A stretch of DNA of 64,000 nucleotides from Lama guanicoe (Eukaryota). Numbering within the stretch: the stretch's first letter is position 1; the number at the start of each line of letters is the position of its first letter. Under the pieces are notes generated by a model. It was not told the DNA's origin. It did not search any database and was given only the letters and a program-made list of their open reading frames with translations. The DNA is taken from positions 929,537 to 993,536 of the forward strand of contig MU054204.1 of NCBI GenBank assembly GCA_013239625.1, read 5' to 3'. This document shows, in pieces, positions 39,471-52,668 of this stretch. The position numbers and the translations under genes are program-made.

Positions 39471-40205
39471 AGACAAAAGTAGAAAAAATTAAATAGATAG
39501 AAATATACTTTAAGTGGTATTATATACATTTTAAGTAAAATACTGGTTTTAGATTTATTCCTGGATACCTTACCGGGTTTTTTTTCCTATTGCAAATGAG
39601 ATCCTTCTTTAAAATTACATTTTAACTGCTAGTTGTAACCATATAGGAATTCTATTGACCCTTATGGGAAACTTGTATCTAGCAACCTGTTGAATTCTCT
39701 TATTCTAATAGTTTTATAGATTCTCACAGATGTTTTTCATAGACAGCCATATCATCTGTGACTTTTATATATTTCATCTTCTTTTTTCATCTTTATTCCT
39801 GTTTTTTTTTTCCTTTTTTCTCATCTTAGTGCATTGTTGGGACCTCTGGTTTAATATTGGATAATAGTGGCACTAGGTTTGATGTAGGATTTTTCAACTC
39901 TCTCTCTGTTATGTTTTGTTGTTTGTTTGTTTTTAAATTATGAATGGGTGTTCTCTTTCTCCAACTAAGATGATCATATGGTTTTTATCTTTTTTAAACT
40001 ATTAGTGTGGTGAATTACATTAACAGATCACCTAATTAAATCACTCTTGAAATGATGGGATAAGCCCTCCTTGTTCATATTTTTAAACATATATTAGGGA
40101 ATAAATCTGCTTGTATTTTATCTGGGAGTTTTCATTTATGCTTATAATCAAGATTAGCCTTTAAAATTTTTTATGCCTTGGCTTAGTCAGATTTCGGCAT
40201 TAAGA

Positions 40206-40348
40206 GGGGGGAGGGTATGGCTCAGTGGTAGGGTGTATGCTTAGCCTGTATGAGGTCCTGGGTTTAATCTCCAGTACCTCCATTAAATAAATAAATAAAT
40301 AAATAAACCTAATTACCTCCTCCCACCAAAAAAAAAAAAAAAAGAAGA
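40206..40348 (+). mobile_element. Camelid tRNA-derived SINE
   Basis: TSD AGATTT(C/G)GGCATTAAGA on both sides. Confidence 0.9.
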
Positions 40349-41706
40349 AGATTTGGGCATTAAGATTAGTTTAGCCTCAAGAAATTAGTAAATTTGTCCT
40401 ATTCACCAGGAAATTTGAGGTTATATAATTTTTGAAAGTTGGTTTAAAAAAACTATGGTAAAGTCATTTTGACTTCATGCCTTCTTTAAGGGAACTGTTT
40501 TAAAACTACCGATTTGATTTATTTAATAGTACTGGTCAATTCGGCTTTTGAAAGTTCTGTATCTATTTTGGATACAAGTCCTTTGTTAAGTATGGATTTG
40601 CAAATATTTTATCCCAATCTGAGGCTTGTCTTGTCATTCTCTTAACAACATCTTTCTAAGAAAAGATTTCTATGTCATAAAGTCCAGCTTATCAATGTAT
40701 TCTTTTATGGCCCATGCTTTTGGCATTATATGTGAGAAATATGTGCCTAACTCAAGGTTAAAAAAAGATTTTCTGCCATGTTTTCTTCCAGAAGTTTTAT
40801 AGCTTTAGATTTATGAGCATTTTGAGTTAATTTTTACTAATGGAAAGAGACATACATCAAAGTTTACCTTTTTTGCATATGGGTATCTAATCATTTGAGC
40901 GCTATTTGTTGAAAATACTGTCCTTTCCTAATGAATTGCCTTTGCATGTTTCTCAAAAATCAATTCTGTGGGCCTATTTTTGGACTACTGTTCCATTGAT
41001 CTATTTACCAATATTCATGCCATTACCACACTATCTTCATTACTGTTCCTTTATAATAAGCCTTGAAGTCGGTTGTTGTAAGTATTCCAACTTTATTATC
41101 TTTTTTCAAAATTGTGCTTGGATATGTGTATCAAATCATCACATTGTGAACCTTAAACTTACACAGTGTTAGATGTCAGTTCTATCTCAAAAAAAAACTG
41201 GAAAAAATGTAAGCAGGCATCACAAAACTCAGTAATAAATAGAAGTTTAATGCAGTAGTTTTCTAATAATCAAAATTAACACAAAAATCTATACTGAATA
41301 AAATATAAAATTTTAAATAAAGATAGAATCTGACCCTGCAGTCAACTGCATATCCTTTAAAAAATTGTATCTGACTAGTCAAGAGTCTTAGAATTAACAT
41401 ATGAATTTTAGAATCTGCTTGTCAATTTCTAAAAAATTTTTCTGTTAGGGTTTTGACTGACAACGCATTGAATTTTTAGATCAATTTGGGAACAATACTG
41501 AGTCTTCAGATCCACAATCATGATATACCTCTTGATTTATTTACATCTTTTGTAATTTCTTTCAGCAGTGTTTTCTAGTTTTCAACACGCAGATCTTGCA
41601 CATATTTTGTTAGATTTTTATCTCTAAGTGTTTTATGGTATAGATTTTTTTAAAAAATTCAATTCTAATAGTTTGCAACTAGAATATAAAAATGTAATTG
41701 ATTTTT

Positions 41707-42050
41707 TTAACAGAAAAGGAAAGTAAAGAAACAATCCCCTTTAAAATAGCACCCAAAGTAATAAAATACCTAGGAATAAATCTAACCAAGGAGGTGAAAG
41801 ACTTATACATGGAAAACTATAAACCATTGATGAAGGAAATTAAAGAAGACTTTAAAAAATGCAAAGACATCCCATGCTCCTGGATTGGAAGAATCAATAT
41901 TGTTAAAATGGTCACACTGCCCAAGGCAATCTACAAATTTAACGCAATCCCTATCCAATTACCCAGGATGTATTTCACAGAACTAGAACAAATCATAATA
42001 AAATTTATATGGAACCTCAAAAGACCTATAATTGCCAAAGCATTACTGAA
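41707..42050 (+). mobile_element. Young L1 ORF2 internal fragment
   Basis: Open frame [27 protein letters not shown]...[19 protein letters not shown]; flanked by GATTTTT at 41700 and 42051. Confidence 0.9.
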
Positions 42051-44329
42051 GATTTTTGTATATTGATCTTGTATCCAACAACATTGCTAAACTCATTTAT
42101 TAGTCCTAGTAGCTTCTTTTATAACTTCCTTAGCGTTCTCTACGTAGACTATCATGCCATCTGAGTGGAGTTTTACCTCTTCCTTTCTACTCTGCATACC
42201 TTTTATTTGTCTTGCTTTATTGTATTGGCTAGGACTGCCAGTAGAATAGTGAATATAAGCTAAAAGTAAATATTCTTCCCTTGTTCCTGAACTTGACCTC
42301 AAAGCATTCCATCTTTCACCATAAGTATGATGTTACATTTAGTTTTTTCATGGATGCTCTTTAACAGGTTGAGGAGAGTCCTTTCTTTTCTTAGTTTGCT
42401 GATAATGTTTATCATGAAGGGACATTGGATTTTATAAGATCCTTTTTCTGAATCTATTGAAGTGATCATATTGTTCTTTTATCATCTTTTAATATTGTGA
42501 AAGATATTGATTGGTTTTCAAATATTAAATCCTCTTTGTAGTTTTGGAATAAATCACTTGTTCATGATATGCTAGATTATTTGCTAAAATTTTAAGAACT
42601 TCGCATCTATGTTCATGAGAGATTTTAATCTGTAGTTTTCTTTTCTTTTCTTTCAAGTGTATTTGTCTCTTTTGGGTATCCAGGTAATACTGGCCCCATA
42701 CCATTAGTTAGAGAGTATTCCTTTATCTTCTATATTCTGGAAGTTTATATAGGATTTGAATTTTTTCATAAATGTTTGGTAGAATTTATCAGTGAAGCCA
42801 TCTTTCCAGAAGTTTACTTTGTGGGAAGGTTTGTAAATAAAAATTTAATTTCTTTGTTAGTTATGGGTTTGTATACCTCATCTACTTCTTCTAGGTTGAG
42901 CTTCAGTAGTTTGTGTCTTTGGGATTATTTGTCCATTTTGTCCATGCTGCTTCATTTATTGGCATCATATTGTTCATAATATTCCCTCATCATTCTTTTA
43001 ATATGTCTAGGATCTGTAGTGATGGTCCCTTGTTTATTCCTGATACAAGTAAATTGTATCTTCCCTTTTTTTCCCTACTCAGTCTGAAAAGATATTTATT
43101 AATTATATTGATTCTTTTTTTGAAGAACCTGCTTTTGGTTTCATTGATTTTTTTTCTATTTTATATGACAGTGATTTCTGGTCTAATATTTACTATTTAT
43201 TCTTCTGTTTAATGTGTGTTTTATTTGCTTCTCTTTTTCTAGCTTCCTAAGATGGAAGCTTAGATAATTTATTTGAGGCCTTTCTTCTTTTGTAATATAA
43301 ATGTTTAGTGCTATAAGTTTCCCTTTAAGCACTCTTTTATCATTGCCCTTTTGGTTGATAAGTCATATTTTCATTTTCATTCACCTCAAAATGCTTTCTG
43401 ATCTCCATTGTGATTTCTCTTCTCTGTCCCATAGGTTATTTACAGGTGCATTAATTCGTTTCCAAATATTTGGGATTTTCCAGATATCCTTATGTTATTG
43501 ATTTACAATTTAATTGTTTAATGGTCAGAAAACATACTTTGTATTCCTTGAATCCATTTAAATTTATTGAGATTTTTTTATGGCTCAGAATTTGGTGTCT
43601 TGGTCATATTCTGTATGATCCTTGATAATGTATATTCTGCTGTTTTGGGTGAACTGTTCTATAAATGTTAGTTGAGTCATGTTGGTTGATAGTTTTGTTT
43701 ACATCTTCTACATCTTTATTGATTTTCTGTCTACTTGTTCTATCATTTATTGAGAGAGGGGTGTGGAAATCTCATACTTATGAATTTGTCTCTTTCTTCT
43801 TGAAGATCTGTTTTTATTTCATGCATTTTGAAGTTCAGTTATTTGATGAATTGACCATTTTATCATTATGAATGACATTCTATTTTTGGTAAAATTCTTT
43901 GTTCTGAAATCCATTTTTTCTTATGTTAAAAGAGCCACTCCAGCTTCCTTCTGATTAGACAGAATATCATATTCTATCCCTTTATTTTTAATATATTTGT
44001 ATTTTATATTATTAAAATGGATATCTTGCAAGCAGCACATAGTTGGGTCATGTTTTTTCATCCAATCTGGCAATCTCTGCCTTTTAATTGGGGTGTTTAA
44101 AGCACTTGCCTTTAAGGTGATTGTTGACATGGTTACATTTAAATCTGCCATCTTGCTATTGCTTTTCTTTTTATCCTATCTGTTCTTTGTTACCATTTTG
44201 TTCTTTTATTGTCTTCTTTTTAGATTAATGAGTATTTTTTGATTCTACATTATCTCCTTTTTAGCTTATTAGATTTAACTTTTTGTTGTGTTACTTTATT
44301 AATTTTATTAGGATTTACAGCATACATCT

Positions 44330-44482
44330 TTTTTTAGTGATCTGTTTAATTTTATTTTATTTATTTTTGGGTGTAATTAGATTTATTTATTTTTTTATTT
44401 ACTTAATGGAGGTACTGAGGATTGAACCCAGGACCTCATGCATGCTAAGCACACACTCTATCACTGAGCTATACCCTGCCCT
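44330..44482 (-). mobile_element. Camelid tRNA-derived SINE
   Basis: TSD TACAGCATACATCTTT on both sides. Confidence 0.9.
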
Positions 44483-45419
44483 CTACAGCATACATCTTTA
44501 AATTATCACAATCAGCCTTGAGGTAATAGCAGTTCATGTATAGTGTATGAAACTTACAACAGTATCCTTGCCTTTGTGAATTGTTTTCACACATTTTGTT
44601 TCTACATATGTTATAAACACCATATTACATTGTTATTCTATTTGCTTTATGCTACTGATGATCTAGTCAAGACATTTTAAAAATCAGGAAAAGAAACTAT
44701 TTACCCACAAAGTTTCCTTTTTCAATCTCTTCATTTCTTTATGTAGATCCAGGTTTCCATCTGGTATTTCCTTTCTGCCTGAAAGACTTCCTTTAGCATT
44801 TCCTATAGTACTGATCTGCTGGTGATTAATTACTTCAGCTTATATATGTCAGCAAAGGTCTTAATTTTTCCTTCTTTTTGAAAATATTTTTGCTGAGTAT
44901 AGAATTCAACATTGACAATTTTTCTCTCAGTTCTTTAAAGATGTTGCTTCACTCTTTTCTGCCTTTCATGGTTTCTGATGAAAAATGTATATCATTTTGA
45001 TATTTGCTCCTCTTTATCTAAGATGTCTTTTCTCTGGTCTCTTTTAGGATTTTTTTTCTTTCTCACTGTGTTTTGAGAAATTTGATTTTGATGTGCTGTA
45101 ATGTGGTTTTCTTTGTGTTTCTTACGCTCAGAGTCTATTGAGCTTTTTAGATTTATAGGTTTATAGATTTATCATATTTGGGAAATTTGGGGCCATTATT
45201 TCTCCTAGTAATTTTTCTTTGTCTTTTTCTCCCTCCTCTCCTGGGAATCACACATATATTAGGCTGTTTGCAGTCATCCCACAGCTCACTAAGGTTCTGT
45301 TCATTTATTTTCAGACTTTTCTTTGCATTTCTTTTTGGAATCATTTTTAGTCCTATGTCCTCAAGTTCACTAGTCTTTTTTATTGGAGTGTTTAATCTGC
45401 TCTCTCTCTCTCTCTCTCT

Positions 45420-45676
45420 TTTGGTGAGGTAATTAGGTTTGTTTATTTACTTATTATTTTTAGAGGAGGTACTGGGGATTGAACCCGGGACCTTGCACAC
45501 ACTAAGCATGCACTCTATCACTTAAGCTACATCTCCCCACTAAATTTGGGGGTTTTTTTCGGAGGGGGAAGGTAACTAGGCTTTTATTTGTTTTTTAAAT
45601 GAGGGTGTTAGGGACTGAACCCAGGACCTTGTGCATGCTAAGCACACACTCTGCCACTGAGCTATTCCCTTCCCCA
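45420..45676 (-). mobile_element. Two tandem camelid SINEs (45420-45537 and 45553-45676)
   Basis: Two complete antisense bodies; outer repeat AA(T/C)CTGCTCT. Confidence 0.85.
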
Positions 45677-46090
45677 CAACCTGCTCTTAATCCCATCCAG
45701 TATATTTTCTATCATACACGTATTTTCATCTCTACAAATTCAATGAGTATCTTTACTGATATCTTCCACTTTTCTCCTTAACATACTCCTGCTTTCCTTT
45801 ACATACATGGAATATATTTATAGCAGTTATTTTAATGACCTTGTCTAATAACTCTATCATCTATGCCATTTCTGGGTCTGCTGCTATTGATTGTATCTTC
45901 CTTATTATGAGTTATATTTTCCTACTTCTTTGCATACCTGGTAGTTTCTTACTGGATGCCAAACATTGTGAATTTTATCTTGTTTGGTACTAAATTTTCT
46001 GAATTCCTTTGAATGATTTTTAGCTTTTTCTGGGATACAGTTAAGTTACTTGGAATGAATTTGATTCTTTTGAAGTTTGCTTTTAATCTT

Positions 46091-46962
46091 TGTATAGTAA
46101 AATCTGGAAGAGTAAACAAAAATAAAATTGAACTCTCCCTATTGCCAAAAAGGAAAAAGATCTTTTCTTTCTCCCTTTTCTTAGAGATTTTTCCTTAAAA
46201 AACCTAGTATTTGTGAATCCATCCTCTCTGCTCCTTTGATATGTATGCAATTTTTTTAAGTATAGTCAGTTTACATGTTGTGTCAATTTCTGGTGTACAG
46301 CATAATAGTTCACTCATACATATACATACATATATTATTTTTCATATTCTTTTTCATTATAGATTACTACAAGATATTGAATATAGTTCCCTGTGCTATA
46401 CAGTAGAAACTTGTTGTTTATGTAAATCTTTTTTAAGGACTAAATAAGCCTCTTGCCAGTCTTATAACCCAGAAACGTTTTTCTGAAGGGACTGGGAGCC
46501 ATTTCTTTGAAATGTAAACATCAAGTAAGATAGCACCCCTATATTTCTCTGTCGTCCTAGGAATTTAGCCTAGGTGCTTTGCCCTAAGCTGTAAGCACCT
46601 GTTTGTCATAGAGATATGAGAACCTGTATTTTTTCTTCAGATAAAGGCAATTAACTAGCACAGATGGCTACTCCAATTACCAGGTGAACTTGGGATGAAC
46701 TATGAAAGAATGTATACCAAACAGTACTTTCAAGCCCTATTACATATTTTATAATTTAAAAACATGTGTGCAATAGATACATTGCATACATAAGAATGGG
46801 GTTTCTTTCTTTCTTTCCAGTCTCATTAGCAGATTACCTGTAATTCATTACAATCTGTTTAATGCTTGTTAAATAATAAAACTGTTTTCTTTCTTTTCTA
46901 CATTCATGGAGAGGATTTCCTGGGTTGGCAGGAAATTTTACTTTGTTAGTTTTTCACTAACA
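46091..46962 (+). mobile_element. Solo ERV LTR, interrupted by an L1 tail at ~46250-46420
   Basis: TGTATAGTAAAA...TTTTCACTAACA imperfect inverted TG..CA termini; AATAAA at ~46874; ERV1-like GGGAGCCATTTCTTTGAAATGTAAACATCAAG. Confidence 0.65.
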
Positions 46963-47261
46963 GATCAGAACAGCAGTTTAGGGCTAATGAGCCTAGTAAG
47001 TAAAACAGGAAGGCCTTTACTGTGGCACTACTCTGAGCACTCTACCCAAAGCCCTATGTGTTACAAGGTTTATCTGCTCTGGATATTGGGAATAGGAACT
47101 CTTCCAAGCCGTGTTTGAGCTCAAAAACTTGTTTTCTATGCTCATTTCTTTTAATTCATTTCCTGGCCTTTGGTAGTTTCCTCACATATAGGTGCTGATC
47201 AGTGCTCAGCTGAAGATTCTAGAAGAACCCTCTGGAACCTCTGGTAAATTCATCTCAGTCC

Positions 47262-47378
47262 CTTTTTTTTAGGAGGGGATATAATTAGGTTTATTTGTTT
47301 ATTAATGGAGGTATAGAGATTGAACCCAGGACCTTGTGCATGCTAAGCAGGCACTTTGCCACTAGGCTATAGCCTCCC
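47262..47378 (-). mobile_element. Camelid tRNA-derived SINE
   Basis: Antisense SINE; CTCAGTC flanks. Confidence 0.8.
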
Positions 47379-47746
47379 TGCTCAGCTCAGTCTTCTTGAC
47401 TCAGGGAAACTGCTGGGCTCTGTTTAGATTCTCCCTGCCTGTGCTGTATCCTGAAAACTCTCCAGGCAGTAAGCTGAGGTAATCATAGGGCTCACTTTGT
47501 TTGTTTCCTTTTTCTCAAGGATCAGTGTCCTTTGCTGCCTGATGTCCAATGTCTGAAAACCATTGTTTTCATATAATTTATCCATTCCTTTCAGCTGTTT
47601 CAGCCAAGAAGGTAAACTCAGTTCCTTTTACGCCATCAGGATTGGAAGAGAAAGTCCCTGTGTTATCTTTGAATCATATTTTCTTCTTTTCCCCCCTCCT
47701 TTCCTGCCTCTCTTGGATTAAATCACTTTTAAAAAAAAACTCTACT

Positions 47747-47878
47747 GGGGCGGGTGGAGAGTATACTCAGTGGTAGAGTGCATGCTTAGCACACACCAGA
47801 TCCTGGGTTCAATCCCTAGTACCTCCACCAAAATAAAAACATACACTTAATTACCCCCCAAAAGAACCAAATAAATAA
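47747..47878 (+). mobile_element. Camelid tRNA-derived SINE
   Basis: SINE head, B box and tail. Confidence 0.8.
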
Positions 47879-48181
47879 TCCCTATCTGTTTATCTCAGGA
47901 TTTTGAAGTTATTCTTTATATGTCCTTTATTTTAGGAGGTACTATTTTCCACCTATTGTCCTAGACAAATGGTGAGCTTCCTTGACGTATTTCTGGCCCT
48001 GTGGGTGAAGTTTTACTAGTTCCTTTTGTGTGAAAGGGCTGGTGGCTTAATGAATAGAACTCAGTTCCCTCTTTGTGGCCTCATCTTCCATCCCTTAGAG
48101 AGTATCATAACTCCAGTACCTAAAATGCAGCTGTTTTCAAACTTTTTCATCTCAGAAGCCATTCACACTTAAAAATTATTG

Positions 48182-49913
48182 TGTTGTTTTGGTAAGTTGG
48201 AGTAAACAAACTCCAAACTGTCTCTCCCACTAGATACAGCTGTAAAACCTGCACAGAATGCATGGAACAGCTATTTGAGTACTCTGAAAGTAATTAACAG
48301 ATTGGGAAATAAATAGACCAGGTTTTGTAGTATCACTGAATTACCAGTAAGTTTTACCACTTTATTTCTTCTGGTGTAACCTGGTGTGAACGCAAAAGCG
48401 TATGCTGAAAACTACAAAATGCTGATGGAAGAAATCAGTGAAGGCCAAAATAAATGAAAGGACATATGTTCATAGACTGGGAGACTCAACATAGTAAAGA
48501 TGCAAGTTCTCCCCCAAATTAATCTATACATGTAATACAATTTCAATCAAAAGCCAAGCAGTATTTTTTTGTCAGAATTGACAAGCTTATACCAAAATTT
48601 ATATGAAAAGACAAAGGAATGAGAACAATTTTGAAAAGAATAAAGTCGAAATAATCACACTACCTGATTTTAAGACTTATGCTGAACTTTACGATGAAGT
48701 TACAGAAATCAAGACAGTGTGGTGTTGATGAAGGGACATACATATAGATCAATGCAGAAGACAGAGTCCAGAAGTAGAATCGTACCAATATGATCAATTG
48801 ATTTTTGATAAAGGCGCAAATGCAATTCAATAAAGAAAATACAGTCTTTTCATCAGATGACATTGGAACAATCGGACTTAGACATCCAAAAAAATGAATT
48901 TCAACCTTAATCTCACACCTTATACAAAAATTAACTCAAGATCAAAAATAGACTTAAATGTAAAACATAAAACTATGAAATTTTTAACAGAAAACATATG
49001 AGAAATAAGCACATGAAAAGATTTTCAGGGTGAGGAGGGTATGGCTCAGTGGTAAAGCACATGCTTAGCATGCATGAGGGCCTGGGTTCAATCCCCAGTA
49101 CCTCCTCTAAAAAATAAATAAATAGATAGACCTAATTACCTCCCCCAACACAAAAAATAAATTTAAAAAAATTTTTAAAGATTTTCAACATCATTAACCA
49201 TTATGAAAATACACATTAAAATCACTACACACCTATGAGAATGGCTAAAATATAACATACTGACAAAACCAATTGCTAGCAGAGATGTACAGCAACTGAA
49301 ACTCTTTTACACAGCTCTTCACAATGCAGAATGTTACAGCCACTTTGGAAAACAGTTTGGAGTTTCTTATAATGCTAAACATACATGTACCATATGACAC
49401 AGCAATCCCATTCCTGGGTATTTACCTTAGAGAAATGTTCACACGAAACCTCTGCACGAATGTTCATAGTAGCTTTCTTTGTAACAGCCCCAAAGTGAAA
49501 ATAACCCAGAGGTTCTTCTGAGAATGAATGGATAAACAAACTGTGGTACTACTCAGCAATAAAAAGGAATGAACTATTGATTCACCCAACAATGTGAATG
49601 GATCTCAAAGGCATTATGCTGAAGGAAAGAAGCAAGTCTCAAAAGATTACAGATTGTATGATTCATTTATATGGCATTATCAAAAAGATGTAACTATAGT
49701 GACAGAGAACGGATCAGTGGTTGTCAGGGCTTCAGGGTGAGGGGATGGTATGACAAAGGAAAAGCACAAGGGAATTTGGAGGGTAATAGAATTGGTTGTT
49801 CTTATTATCCTGTTTGTGGTGATGGTTACACGAACCTATACAAGTGTTAAAATTCATCCAACTGTATGTCCACAAAGTCAATTTTACTATAGGCTAATTT
49901 TAAAATAAAAACT
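48182..49913 (+). mobile_element. Old L1M insertion with internal deletions
   Basis: ORF2-like from ~48390, 3'UTR to ~49910; TSD AAAAAT(T/C)ATTG. Confidence 0.75.
49028..49176 (+). mobile_element. Camelid tRNA-derived SINE
   Basis: TSD AAAGATTTTCA on both sides. Confidence 0.9.
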
Positions 49914-51284
49914 AAAAATCATTGAGCATCTTACAGAGCTTTTGTTTATGTGGGTTATAACGATAAATATTTGCCACTATAGAAGTTAAAAATATTTAAA
50001 AATCTTAATATCAATTTGTTAATTCACCTAAAATAGCAATACTGGAAACATGATGTGTTCCATAAAAGACATACTTGTAATGAAGTCACAGTATATTTCA
50101 AAATATGCAAAAAATGTAATCTTGTTTTGCATCTTTGCAGATCTCTTTCATGTCTGGCTGGATCGAAGACAGCTGGATCCTCATATCTGCTTCTGCATCA
50201 ATCTGTTGCAATATCATAGGTCACATAGCCTCGGGAAAACTGCTGAACAAGTGTGTGATCGATGAGACTGATCAATTCAAAGAAAATCTTAGTATTATTG
50301 TAAAGATAGTCTTGACTTTGTGAGCCCCCGAAAAGATCTTGGGGACCCTTAAGGGTCCCCAGACCTCCCTTTCGTTATCACTGCTCTAACGTAGCCTTCC
50401 TTCTTTGTCTCTGGTGCTTCGGGAACTTCCTTTTCTTGATTCTAAACCTAACTATTATATATTTTGTTTCCACTATGTGTATCCAGCATCTATGTATCTG
50501 AGGTGGGATGAAGGATTTCACACATCAGCTTCATGTACTTTATCAGCTGTAGTTCTCTTTCTGTATAATCATTGTGATCTTTTCTGTTTTGTTTGCTGTG
50601 ATGCCCTTGTGCATTTTCACCATGGTTCTCTCTTTTTAATTGTGCTCTCTGTTTGCTTCTCAGGTGGCTTTGTAATTCATTTTTCTTTTCTGTTTTGTTT
50701 TGAGACTTATCAACTTGTTTTCTTAATCTCCTACTGTCTAAAATATCTTCTTTGAGCCCTCGTATTTCTTGATTGTTCTCTTTTTAAAGAGCCACCATGA
50801 TACCTATAGTAACTATATACCATCATGATAACCTATGCTATCAATATACCGTCATGATATCTATAGTACTTCCTGTGTTTCTTTGGTCAGCCTTCTCATT
50901 GTGTATGCTCTTCATTTGTCTTTTACTTATGTTTCTTTCTCTTTTCCTCATTTCCCCCCCTTGTTTCTACGCATAGGTTTTTGAATTAGTTCCTTTTTAG
51001 TTACCACTTACGTGTTGATGGGCTGTCTACCTCTTGAAAAACGCTATAAAGAAGTCCACATCCTTAATATAGGTTTATTGTATCAAATACCATCTCAAAT
51101 TATATTAATGTACTTGTTCTAGGAGAACATCTGTATCCTTGTCACTCTCTACTAAGGGCAAGGGTGGTGGGAACAGCTTTCTGTACTGGGTGGCAAGGCA
51201 ATAAAGGGGTATATTATCTTTAGAAAATTTAAAAATAATAATGAAAAACAACTAAAAGGCAATCTGATCTTTTTAAATTCTTGT

Positions 51285-51309
51285 TTGTGGGGAGGGGAGG
51301 TAATTAGTT

Positions 51310-51341
<32 letters not shown>

Positions 51342-51420
51342 TAGAGGTACTGAGGATTGAGCTCAGGACCTCATGCATGCTAAGCATGCACTCTGCCACT
51401 GAGCTACACCCTCCTCCCCT
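51285..51420 (-). mobile_element. Camelid tRNA-derived SINE inside a hAT-like MER (~51175-51515)
   Basis: Antisense SINE; GGCAATCTG flanks. Confidence 0.85.
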
Positions 51421-52502
51421 CACCGCCCCTCTCTCCATGGCAATCTGCTTTTTATTACCACCAAGCCTCAGCAATTCTAAATAAATATCAATGATAAAAT
51501 TCTCCTCCCCCCAGGGAATGCTTCTATTGCCCTCCCCACACCCGTCTCCCTGCCCATGCCTCTGATTCATCAGATCTCTGTAATTCAAGCTCCTTAGTGA
51601 CACAGTATCTTTATAAAAGAGCCTTCCAAGTTTTCCTAGGCTGCTTCTGTGTATTTGGGGTATAGGCAGGGATGGGGGCAATAGACTCAGCTTTTCCATA
51701 GACAAATCTATAATCCATTGTCCTGTTTGCAGTCCCACATCTCATTCCTACCAACCCCGAAATCCTGCCTAAGACTCCACTGGCAAGATGGGCTTCAGCC
51801 TCCACTCCAGTCTCCTCATAAAAGCACTCTGGAGTTAGGCTTCTTCTCTGCTTCCTCTAGAAGATAGGCTCAATGAAGTCAGAGATTTTTATCTGTTTTG
51901 TTCACTGCTATAATTCCAGTGTCCAGTACAGTGCCTGACACATAGTCAGTGATTATCTATCTATCTAATCAGTCATGGTCATACTTTTATCTGTATTGGT
52001 GTGTGGTGCCTCTCAGTAGATGGTACAATAAGTAGCATTATCAAATAGTCATATGTCCCAAACTTAGCAAGGACTCACCAGACTTCTTGGGGCTGTAAGG
52101 TCCCAAGATCTACTCAGTAGCAAACTATGTGGACAGATGATTGAGGACTAGCTGCCCATCTCCGATATCCTGGCACTATCTAAAATATCAGGACTGTTGG
52201 CACCATCTTGGTGGTAAATGGAGACAGATCTGAGATAGTATTACTCATAGTGAAATGGGGACTCAGGGACAGAAATTAGGTTGAATTATTGAAAATAAAG
52301 TTGTATTTATTTCACTCAAGTTTGTAGACAAAAGGTTAATATGAGGTGTGCATATACAGCTAACAAAATTGAAACCATGTCTTTGAAATAGATAATACAT
52401 TCACATGTGAGGTGGCATTTCATGCTTACCATTCTGCACTTTGCACTTTTTCTCACTTAACATATCTTGACAATTATTCCATAGGAGTACATCAACAGTT
52501 TG

Positions 52503-52651
52503 TTTTGTTTTGTTTTGGTTTTGGTTTTTTTTGGTGGGGAGGAGGTAATCAGGTTTATTTATTTATTTTTAGAGGGGGTACTGGGGATTGAACACAGGAC
52601 CTCATCCATGCTAAGCATGTGCTCTACCACTTGAGCTGTACACTTGCCCCC
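52503..52651 (-). mobile_element. Camelid tRNA-derived SINE
   Basis: TSD AACAGTTTG at 52494 and 52653. Confidence 0.85.
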
Positions 52652-52668
52652 AAACAGTTTGTGCTTTT

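Larger units (their letters stand above)
39500..47660 (-). mobile_element. Old antisense L1M tract (ORF2, ORF1 and 5' region) with nested insertions
   Basis: Minus translations: LNTPIKRQRLPDWMKKHDPTMCCLQD (ORF2 endonuclease, ~44000-44110) and EQNLSELWDDCKQPNICVI (ORF1, ~45250-45300); may be more than one element. Confidence 0.8.
48128..50388 (+). mobile_element. hAT-Charlie element split by an L1 insertion
   Basis: CAGCTGTTTTCAAACTTTTT..TCTCAG...AAAAATTATTG resumes at 49914 as AAAAATCATTGAG...AGAGCTTTTGTTTATGTGGGTTATA and ends GGGTCCCCAGACC...CACTGCT. Confidence 0.7.

Noticed and set aside
41698..42066. 122-aa ORF as a host gene or active L1
   Set aside because: It is an isolated internal piece of L1 ORF2.
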